DNA of 63,991 nt, counting the filler, from Jimgerdemannia flammicorona (lineage: Eukaryota), in assembly GCA_003990765.1 (NCBI GenBank). It is 3 parts of 3 records of this genome, joined end to end, with 100 filler letters (N's around TTAATTAATTAA, not from the genome) between each part and the next. Parts side by side here need not be neighbours in the genome. Positions count along the whole stretch, not along the records: positions 1 to 21,399 come from RBNJ01001462.1; positions 21,500 to 42,898 come from RBNJ01001463.1; 1 more part is not named here. One strand, given 5' to 3'. The translations under genes were made by a program, and so were the position numbers. The notes under the pieces were generated by a model. That model ran no database searches, was not told the origin of the DNA, and worked only from the letters and a program-made list of their open reading frames with translations. Of the stretch, positions 12,664-22,977 are shown in pieces (within the stretch, counting starts at the first letter, position 1; each line of letters begins with the position of its first letter).

Positions 12664-13835
12664 CAACAGCTCCTTTCTCTGCTACCTTACCAGTCACAAG
12701 GTTTGGTAGGCAACCTTCTGAGTCCCCTTTCCCCTAATATTACCCCCTCTACCTCAGGTTGGTTTGCTGTACCTGCAGGAGGAGGGCAATGGTGATGAGT
12801 TGCCTCTTTATCGGTATCAGATCGGTGCTTCCTCCACTTTTTCGCAGGTTCTGGTGCCTTCAGCTGTGTCTGGGGTGTACCCGTTTTGGTGCGGTGCCTT
12901 CTTCCTTTTGCCGTCACCAACAAGGAGTTGTCTCGGTGTGTCTCGGGCTATGTAGGGAGTCAGCCAACCTTAGGCATCAAGTGCTCAGTATAGGTTACCT
13001 GCAGGTCCTCGATGCCTGTGGTGGGGCCCTCTGGCTTTGGTGAGCTTCTCGGCGAGCATAGTTCTGGTGTAGGTGACTGCTTTTTGGGTGTTGTCGGGAT
13101 GGGAGGGGAGATGGCTGTCACAGATAGGCAGAAGGGTGATTACGGTGAACCAGTAGGGTGTCAGGCTGGGGGCGGTCATCGGGGCTGGGGCAGGTGCTGC
13201 TTCAGTAGGGCCCTTTGATTGGTGTGGTATGGTTAGGTGGTAGGTGTCACTATCAGCTTCTTTTGGCAGTCAGTGGGGTTGGGCCCCAGTCATCAGGGGG
13301 GGTCAGGAGGCCCGAGGCTACCCATTTCAGATATCTTGGCTGCACTCAACTGGAACCAGGAGCTGATATGGCAATGTGATCGAGGCCCGCAGGCTTGAGT
13401 AGTGGGGTATTGGGGGTTTCCTCCCACCTCACGTGTAAGTTCTTTACTCACCTCGACTGGGAGAACCAGGCCCTACCCACCGTATTGTGCTTTGATGAGG
13501 GTTTTTATTTGCCTGTCATTCTCTTTGGGGTGGCAGGGGCTATTCTATTCAGCTCGAGTGTGGCCTTGTATATACGTTGGGTTCTCAGGCATGTGCTTTC
13601 GGTCATTGGCATATGGTTGGGTTTCCCCTGGTGGTAGAGAGAGCATGGTGCACAGAATGAGGTACAGGCTTATTAGCCCTGCTGTGCCTGGCATGGTCGA
13701 GCAGCTGGACAATAGCTAGCCTAGGTTAATGGGGGGGCATTGCTTGGTGGGTGGTGGGGGAGGGTTTTGGCCTATATAGTCTAGGTTCCCTTCTAATAAA
13801 AATCTGTGGGACATGAGTCCATTAAAAAAAAAAAA
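12664..13835 (+). mobile_element. ~1.2-kb non-autonomous poly(A) retroposon (SINE-like), copy 2
   Basis: AATAAA then poly(A) at ~13824-13835; 16-bp TSD ATAAGCCTTCTCTTGA at 12648-12663 / 13836-13851, duplicating the QEKAY codons of the LINE A RT. Confidence 0.92.
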
Positions 13836-16800
13836 ATAAGCCTTCTCTTGATCTAAGAAGACAAGTTGGTCATCTAGTCTATAAGCCCTGGTACTCTCAA
13901 TCATACCATAAACTCAGATAGCCCTATCTCTAATAAGTCTTCCTCTAATAAATCCTTACTGGTCAGCTCTAAGTACTTGTTAAGCCACCCTCTACAATCT
14001 AACCATAACTATCTTAGTGATCAACTTTTTATCTATATCCAACAGTATAATCAGTCTCTAGTTCTTCCAATTCTCTCTTCTGCTCTTATTCTTAAAAAAC
14101 AGTACTACTAGACCAAGGTCCTGTCCTCCAACCTACTCACTAGTCAAGAGAATATAATTATAGAGTACAACAATTTCCCCCAACACTTCTGAGATTCCTG
14201 CCATATTCTTCCAGAAATCCCAAGATAGGCCATCTTCATCAGAGGTAGTGCCCAGCTTTATTACTGACAGAATATATACAATCTCCTTCTTCTGAACAGG
14301 TAGAACTAGATAATCAAGACTCTCTACTACTGGGAGATATCAATCCTCCAATTGCTGCTCAATAGTCTCCTCATCTGCACCTTCTTTCTTCTTACTCTAC
14401 AAACCACTCTCTGATCTTTCAGAGAGCCCAGAATCTGCTGGCTCTCCTTATCAAGTACTCTCTCTCATCACTAATATACTATATATACTTGAAGTAGCTT
14501 AGTTAAATATCTAGTTAGCTGCTCACTCTTCTCTAGGTCCTGCCATTATAGTCAAGCAGATAAGTCCTATATGAGTCTCCTTCTCATTCTTCAAAGATGT
14601 CAACAGTTCCTCCACCTCTCTCCAAGCTCTTTCTAATCTTCAGTCCTCTACCACTATCTATCTCACTAATTCTGCCCAATCTAGCTATAGTCTCTTCAAC
14701 CTATGGGAGGTCTATCACAACTATCTCTTTTTCTGAGACCCTCAAAACTTGCCAGCCTCTCCCCAGTATACCTTTGCTGCCTTCTTAGCTTTACTTACTA
14801 AATCCTAACTAAGAACCCCTTACTCATCTAGCTAACAATCTTTGTCTCAATAACTTTTGCCCAACCTTCTCACAGTCCTTTCTTCTCCAATAAGGAGAAG
14901 TTAAGACACTAATATCCAGACCCATCTCTGCTCTCTCCAAACTAACTATGCCCTAGCAGACCCCAATGATCTGACTATAAGCACTACTCTATTTCAATAT
15001 ATTTTCAAATATCTGCACCCTAATATTTAACAGTCAATATTTAGTCAATCCTCATTTCTAGACTATTCACTCAATATATATAGATTTGTCTCACACCCTA
15101 CTATTTCCTGTCAGTATCTAACAAAGAGCTCAACTACTCCACTCCTTTTCAGATATCTAGTCCCCCACTATATCCTCTAGTACTTCTCTCTCTATTAGTT
15201 CTATTCAATATTATATCTCAAACTATATTGAAGTCTCTACTAAGGACTAGTCTTAGCAAGTACTCTACTCTTCCAAAGATCCTCTAACTGCTCAACTTGA
15301 TCAGCCCTAACTACTGAACAGTAGCAAGAGCTAACTACTACTGTCTCTCATCCAGATCTTCACTATATATCCTAAACCAATTACTTACCCCAGTTCCTAA
15401 CCTCACCTAGCTCTCTCTTACTATACTATACCAAGATCCCCACCTTGCCATTCCAAACTACAGCCCCCCTCTATTCATACATATAACCATTCTTATTTAT
15501 CTCTATCATCTTTATATTGCACATCCTATAATAAGAAAAGATCAGTTTCCAATTCTTTTAACCAAGCAAAAATGTTCTAATACCTCACTGAACTATGCAG
15601 ACTATTGATATTCAATAAGAAAATATTGGTTATACTATTTATGATAAATAATGGTATAATAATTCTCCTCTCCTCACAGGTCCTCATCTTCTCTTAGACT
15701 AAGTTCAGTCTATACTTAGTAGCAATCTCTTAGCTTCAGCTCTCTGGGCCTCTAGTTCAATCAGAATCTCAGCCAGAGCCTCACTCTCCTTCTTCTCTAT
15801 CACCTTCTGATACTCTAAACATATCTCCTATTAAAGTTATAAGTCATATCTCTATAACTACCAGAATAGCCCTCTCTCTAACAGCTATAGCCAATTTATC
15901 CTCTCTCACTACATCTATCTCATAACTCTCCTCTTCCAAATATAGAGCCAGTATCTCAGCCTTCAGAGCTCCCACCACTCCATTATTATACAAGACTCTC
16001 TCTCAGTACTCCTCAATGACAACTCTCAAATCTACCTTCTCCAACTTCTCTACAACTAAGTTAGTCATCATAGAACTCATCTAATATAAGTCACTAATAT
16101 TCTTACTCTCTGAGATTACTGACCTCCCTTTACCTATGTAGCATTGATATATCAGTACCAATACTTGCAGTCTCATCTCATATCTTCTCTGAGATATCTA
16201 CTAACTCATTCTTAGTAACATCTACTACCTACTCTCCTATCTCTATATTGAGTACTCTAAACCTAACCTTATAAGTACCTCTCAACTCTATAACTTTACC
16301 AGTCTCTGGTCTTTATATAGTTAATTTCTCTCTAAGATCTGCCTCCTTCTCCCAGACTTCAAATATACCATCATCATATATCTGCTAATCTCTCTCCTCC
16401 ATACTCTTTACCTTTCTCTCCTCTCCAACAGCAGCCTAGATACTTATATGTAAAACCCCAGAGCCCCTCATAAGAGTCTTAACTGGCTTCTCCTTCATAC
16501 TCTTCAGTATCTCCTTCTGTCTTTTCCTCCTCTGAGCTTTCTTTCATAATACTCTATCTACTTATGTACTTTCTATCAACTATCTTCAAATGCATTAAAG
16601 CCACATACTCCTTCCATACTACTACCTGATGCTCTACTGCTCTACTGAGGTCCTCCAATACCTCCAACAGCTCCTTCTCTTCCTCCTTCTCACTCTCCTT
16701 GATTCTTGTCACTTTGCAGATAAAGATACCCTATATTATTATAGAAGGCCAGTTCCAAGCCTTCTCAGTAACTTCTCTTCTAGTAAGTCTGATCTGAACA

Positions 16801-17769
16801 TCTATATCTATAGTCTATAATGAAGTCCCCTCTCAGACCCAAAATCTAATATTGACCACCTCACCATACTCTGCTATTACTTTCTTTACTCATCTCTTTA
16901 TCTCTATAGTAATCACTATTAGCATTCCTTTCACCAGAAGCTGAACCACTCTTGAGTTCTATCTTAGATAGTATATTATCAGAACAACCATCTCTCCAAT
17001 CACTAGTCCAGATTTCAAGACCTCCTCCAATAGTCCCACCTTCTCAAAGCCTACCTCTACTCCTTTTAACTCTCTAAAGAACTTTACTGAGATTACTCCA
17101 GACACCTGTTCTGTAATAAGCCCCAAAATTATCTTAGCCATTACCACCAGCTCTTGGAAACAGAGTATGATCACAAATTTTAAAATCAACTTCTTAAGTA
17201 ATAGAGCCACCACTAGGTCTATTACACTATCTATCAGATCTCTCTTCTCCTTATACCCCCCCTGTACAGCTATATCATCAGTAGTTATATCTCTTTTTTT
17301 TTGGTCAAATCTCCTATCACACTATCATCAACAGTTACTCTACTATCTCAGCAACTGCTCTATCAGTTCCTATATTCACCTCATGAGACACTAGCCCTCT
17401 CAGAGCTTATCTTTTTCTTTTCTCTAGCCCTGCTGTCTTAAGCCCCAATAGGCCAATTACTAGTCTTCACCTTATCAGTAAAGCTCAGTTCCCCCTACTC
17501 TCCACTACTTGTACTTGGTAGCTTACTACTACTGGACCCACCCTGCCTACTGTCACTACTGAAAAACCCCATGCCCATTATATATTTTCTTCTAACATAT
17601 TGTCAATTGAAGGCCCTAGGTCTAATTGACTCAGTATACTTACCAGTATACTTGTTACTATATTTTTATTACCTTTTCTTCAAAAACTATATTGAAAGTA
17701 TTGCCAGAAGTTTGTATAATATGAATTATACTAGAGAAAGATAAAACTCAGAAGTGTCTCTAAACTCTA

Positions 17770-19000
17770 CTTATATATTTGTTATAAAATAACTCTTTTG
17801 TCATTTAACTAAAAGAAATACTTAGTTGTAAATTAGTGATCATTTAAGTCTTTAACTCAATTAGTATTACACATGCTGGATAGTTATATACTATTATTAT
17901 TATTATTGTTATTGCTCTTACTTAATCCACTAGAGTGAGTATATAGTATACTATTCTTTTAATATATATATCTAAAAATCCTCTTAATGGTACTCTAATA
18001 TAAATTAGCATAGTATAATAAGTACTGTATCTCCTTATTTATAGTATATGAGATATCAGACCTCATTTTTAGTATAAGATATATGAGGGACCCAACTATT
18101 TACTAATAGAGAATACTAATATAGTCTTTATTATTATTGGCCTCCAGCTTTCTTAACTTTACTAAAGTTTTTATAGAGATATTTACTGACTTATATTTGC
18201 TCATATTGAATTATTTGAGAATAGCATAGATATAAGTTATACCTCTGTTATATATAATAGATATTCCTAAAAGAAAGGATGTGTTACATATCCATTTCTG
18301 TCATCTTGAATTCTTTATATAGAATTTCTTTGACTCTATTGAGCTTGTTTTTCATTACAATAATAATTATATTATCTATTCAAATACTTATAAATACTCT
18401 CTATTAGTATAGTATTAAATATATATAGTTATCTGCTCCATAGTATATGAGCTATTGTCAAGGAGATATTTATCAATTTTTCTATTCTACAAATAGGCTA
18501 CTTATTTGATATTATATAATCCTTTATATAGTTTATATACTAGGTTATCATTCTGGTCATATTCTTGTTACTAGTAAATATATAACTCTATATCTATATT
18601 GTTATTGAGAAAAGCTATCTTTATATCTATCATATATATTTCTATATTATATATAGCATCTATTATAAGAAGAATTCTTAGAGAAGTAAGCTTAAATACT
18701 AGAGAAAATATTTTGTTATAATTTATATTATAATCTTATAAATAACTCTTAGCAATAAAATAAACTTTATACTGTTTTATACTTTTATTACTTTTGTACT
18801 TAATTTTATAAATCCAATATAATCTTATAGCTTATTGATTAATTAGAAGAGATACCAGATCTCATGTACTATTCTCAATAAGTAAATTATATTCTTTATC
18901 TATAGCTTACTTCTATCTCTTATTATTAGAGGAGTTATCACTTCATCATATATACTTGGATCATTAGAAGTTGTAATAAACATACATTTATATGTTTTGA
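17770..19000 (-). pseudogene. Ty1/copia reverse transcriptase and start of RNase H, heavily decayed
   Basis: Minus strand gives DPSIYDEV..., KEYNLLIENST*DLVSL, WIYKIK, KLYKGLYNIK*, KEFKMTEM, IVGSLIYL...RSDISY, IKRIFRY, the copia RT motif order. It continues at 3628 on the other side of LINE A. Confidence 0.85.
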
Positions 19001-19600
19001 TATAGCTTATATAGTTCTTATATTGCTATCTGAAGCTTGTTGATATATCTTAATAATTTCCTAAATTAGAATAAGTCTTATTTCTGAGCTTATGCTTTGG
19101 CTTTTCTTTATCTTTTATCATTATTATCAGAGGATTTTTCATTCTTAATCTCTGTTATTCTTGGCTTAGATAACTCTGAGTCAGATATATATATTGATTG
19201 AAAATAATTTTACTAATTACTAGAGAGATTAGTACTAGTTGCTATATTTATATTAGCTGAGATATAGATATTGAAGTAGATATTAAAGTAGAGGTTTTAA
19301 TAGATATATAGTGCACCACACTTATACTCAACCTTTTGATTATAACTTTATATTGTACTTAATAAAAAAATAATAAAAATTATAAATTAATAGAAAATCC
19401 TATTAAGTTTAATCAAATAGAGAGTTTTTTTTTGATATTGTTTATAAATTTTAGTAAATTAGTTTTTTATATCAATTATCGCTATTTTTTATATTTATAT
19501 TAAGGCCCGTCACAATTTCGGCCTTAAATCCATATACTTTTGGCCTTAAATCTATAGTATTGTGACATACTTTTCAAAGCCAAAAAATCAAAATCTGGCT

Positions 19601-20580
19601 TTAAAAAGAAATTGTAAGTCAACCCACTCAACCCGCTTTTCAAGGTGCTTTCGAGGCCGCTCAAGGCCGCCGTTCGAACCCGCTCAAGGCCGCCGTTCGA
19701 GGCCACTCAAGGCCGCCATTCGAGGCTGCTCAAGGCCACCGCTCAAGGCCGCTCAAGGCCGCTCAAGGCCACCGTTCGAGGCCGCTCAAGGCCGCCGCTC
19801 AAGGCCGCTCAAGGCTGCTCAAGGCCGCTGTTCGAGGCCGCTCAAGGCTGCTGTTCGAGGCCGCTCAAGGCTGCGGTTCGAGGCTGCCATTCGAGGCCGC
19901 TCAAGGCCGCCGCTCAAGGCCGCTCAAGGCCGCTCAAGGCCGCCGTTCGAGGCCGCTCAAGGCCGCCGTTCGAGGCTGCTCAAGGCTGCAGTTCGAGGCC
20001 ACCATTCGAGGCCACTCAAGGCTGCCATTCGAGGCCACTCAAGGCCGCCGTTTGAGGTGTGAATGAAGCAAGCATGAACGTAAATGCTGTTCACGTCTGC
20101 TCGTCATTCACACCCATCTGCCATTCATGTTCACGTCCACCATTCACGTCTGCTTACCACTCAGTGAGTTCGTTTATTAAAAATGCTTAAACAGGATTAT
20201 GTCTATAATGGTAAGCTGTATAATAATAATAAACAAAGGCCAGAGGGTGAGAGAATTGACAGTCAACTCAATAACTCGAATGGCAGAGCAACGACTCAAT
20301 CGCTTTGAATTTCCACACAAGGTCATAACTGAACGGCGGCCTTGAGTGGCCTCGAATGGTGGCATCGAACAGCAGCGGCCTTGAATGGCTTCGAACGTTG
20401 GCCTTGAGCGGCCTCGAATGGCGGCTGTGAGCGGCCTCGAATGGCGGCCTTGAGCGGCCTCAAATGGTGGCCTTGAGCGGCCTTGAACAGCGCCCTTGAG
20501 CGGCCTCGAACAGTGCCCCGAACAGCGGAGCGGCCTTGAGCGGGTTGACTTATTATGGCTAGCTTACAAATTCTTTTTAA
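19601..20580. mobile_element. Foldback/MITE-like element with GC-rich tandem-repeat arms in inverted orientation, TTAA at both ends
   Basis: Left end TTAAAAAGAAATTGTAAG..TCAACCC matches the reverse complement of the right end (TTAAAAAGAATTTGTAAG..TAAGTCAACCCGC). Arms of CAAGGCCGCT / CGAGGCCGCCGTT units lie at ~19652-20057 and, inverted, at ~20330-20545. Confidence 0.85.
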
Positions 20581-20825
20581 GTGCTAGAATTTGTGCTACC
20601 ATGTGAATGAATTATCCCCATAGGGGGTCGGGGCTTTAAAAAAAAAATTTCCTTCAGACTTCTCCTTCGAACTCGTCTATTCCTTGACTTCTTCCTCTTC
20701 ACAAACTCCCCTGACCCTCGCTCCCAGCATAGCCTGGCCTCATATATATATATATCTGATATACCAACAGCTATCTCCACCTGTGACAGCAATTCAAGGT
20801 CAGTATTGTTTTGGTGGAGGAAATG

Positions 20826-21286
20826 TAGTGCTCCGCAAACCCAACCCGACCTAGAGAACAAACCTGCCGTTTGATAGGAGTGTTAAAAATACAATAACTT
20901 AATGAAAACACATCCAATTTTAATGATTTTGGGCTTGTTTGAAAGCCTATGATTATAGCTTTCCAATATATATTATATTGTTAATATTTGCCATGTTTTC
21001 ATTGAGTGATTTTATTTTGAATCTCGGGTCGCATGGCGGATTTGTTCTCAACCTGGGAACAGACCGCCCTCATCCCGAGGTTTTCAAAATGCGATAACTC
21101 AACGAAAAAACATCCAAAATTAACGAAATTATAATTGCTAGAACGCTATGATCATAGGCTTTCAAAAAAAACTAAATTCATTAAATTCTGATGTGTTTTC
21201 GTCAAGTTATTGCATTTATTGTCACTCAGGTCAAATGGCAGGTTGTTCTCAGGTCGGTCGGGTCGGGTTGGGTTTGTGGAGCTCTA
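20826..21286. mobile_element. Palindromic MITE (~460 bp, ~200-bp arms), hAT-like termini, 5-bp TSD
   Basis: TIR TAG(T/A)GCTCC(G/A)CAAACCCAACCCGACC at both ends; arms align in reverse complement for ~200 bp; AAATG at 20821-20825 and 21287-21291. Confidence 0.85.
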
Positions 21287-21399
21287 AAATGATGTGAAGC
21301 CTCAGCTTACTCTACAGAAAGTATGTTTATGAATACTAAAATCTGACCTTTTCAATCTCTACATTTTCAATCTTTTATTTTTATTTTTATTTCAGAATC

Positions 21400-21499
21400 N
21401 NNNNNNNNNNNNNNNNNNNNNNNNNNNNNNNNNNNNNNNNNNNTTAATTAATTAANNNNNNNNNNNNNNNNNNNNNNNNNNNNNNNNNNNNNNNNNNNN
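21400..21499. other. Artificial contig linker (44N-TTAATTAATTAA-44N)
   Basis: N-runs flank a 12-mer with stops in all six frames; identical to 42899-42998. Confidence 0.97.
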
Positions 21500-22977
21500 A
21501 AAAAAAAAAAAAAAAAAAAGAGAGGTGAACACCCAAGGGAATAGGCTGGATAAACCATTTTGTTGCAGCTATAGAGAGAATAAAAAATACACAAAACATT
21601 GATAAAGAAAACTAAATAAAATATATATATATCTAGAGCCAACTATAGGAATAAGTATCAAAAACTGAATACAAAGTAACTGATATGAAATAAATAATTT
21701 GATATACTCTCAATAATAAGGAATCAATCAGAGCAGATTAAAATAGAGAAGAAGAAAAAAAAAATATACAATTATCCAATTACCCAAGTATCTTTATAAT
21801 TTCAGTCAGATAAAACCTAACTATAAGATAGCTACCAGAATTATATATAATATCAATAGTATAGTAGACTGTCTCATAAAGAGTGTAAAGAGGGTAGATA
21901 CTAAGTTCCTTACATCATTCTTTATTGGTGAATTAGTTGAGTTATTTATGATCAGAATTATCTGAGAAGGAAGAATATTAACTATCAAGAAGACTTACCA
22001 ATAAAGATAGTCTTGGTAAAACTGATCTCTATAGTAGCAGAGGTAGGATTGACCAAAGTAGCAATAGTATCAGTTGGATATAGAAAGCACAAGCTGGGAG
22101 AAAAGGAGAGGACATAGTTGGCCCCTTATAATGTAAGTAGCCATAGGGTATTATATACTGAACCAGTATCTAGAAAGAGAAGGTCTATTTCCGCAAAAGT
22201 TGATTTCAAAGAAAGGTCTAGAGAAAGGAGTGGAGTAGATAAGTCTTACAAACTTAGAGATAGAGATTCCAGTACTAGTTAAGGAAGTCAGGCCAAGAGG
22301 TTCAATACTGAAGCTTGTTAATAATAAAACTCAGGAAATATATAACAAAGTACTTACTAAGGGAACTGATAGAGTTGTTACCAGACTTGCTATACTAATT
22401 TTAGAACTTAGAACATTAATTAAGCTATCAAATAAGTGTCTACCAGAGAACTCAATAGCTCAAAAAATGTATCATCAAAGACCTTCTCAGGATACTTCAA
22501 TATCCAAAGCTCTATAGTAGTCACTAGATGGAAAGTATAAAGGAGAGAGAGTTCATATTCCAGCTAAGGCCTAATGAATATTTGAATAATAGTCAACTTG
22601 ACTATTGGTAACAAGAGGATTCATAAGAATGATAGAGATTAAGAGTATATTCTACCTTAGCTATATTCTGTAATACAAGATCAATAAAGTCAAATATCTT
22701 ATTATGTATAGTATGCTCAGGTACATATAAGAGAGGAGTTGTAGACATAACTCACACCCAATCAGTACAGCATTGTTGACTGGGCTGACATAATCATATA
22801 TCTTAGAATTGAGCTTTATGCTGTTTATCTTAAATTAGTCCTCATAGAGGTCAATTGTTCTTTGTCTTTCAGCAGTAGCATATGTAAGTAGTAGGGGCAG
22901 TATAACCTATAAAGAATAGTTTTAAGGAGAAGTCATACTCCTTAAACTATTTATCAAAGAAATTAGTAAGAGTGAGG

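Larger units (their letters stand above)
3629..17743 (-). mobile_element. L1/Tx1-like LINE copy A (full-length, decayed), interrupted by three younger insertions
   Basis: Poly(A) (T-run at 3629-3660); ORF2 remnants at 3780-4492, 5710-5946, 11829-12663 and 13836-15640 (LDQEKAY, EN motifs); ORF1 remnant ~15660-17660; 5' motif ATCTTTCTCTAGTA ending at ~17743; candidate TSD CT(G/A)AACTCTA at 3619-3628 / 17760-17769. Confidence 0.85.

Noticed and set aside
12664..13835. Self-cleaving ribozyme or tRNA head explaining the fixed 5' end
   Set aside because: No hammerhead core (CTGANGA...GAAA), HDV-like fold or A/B boxes found by eye; an Infernal search would be needed to exclude this fully.
19562..20062. 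Arg/Pro/Ala-rich repetitive ORFs
   Set aside because: Stop-free by-products of the GGCC tandem repeat arm.
21400..21499. TTAATTAATTAA within N-runs (also 42899-42998) as a biological motif; adjacency across it
   Set aside because: Synthetic six-frame-stop linker; the first two segments are both 21399 bp, consistent with concatenated contigs, so no linkage can be inferred.
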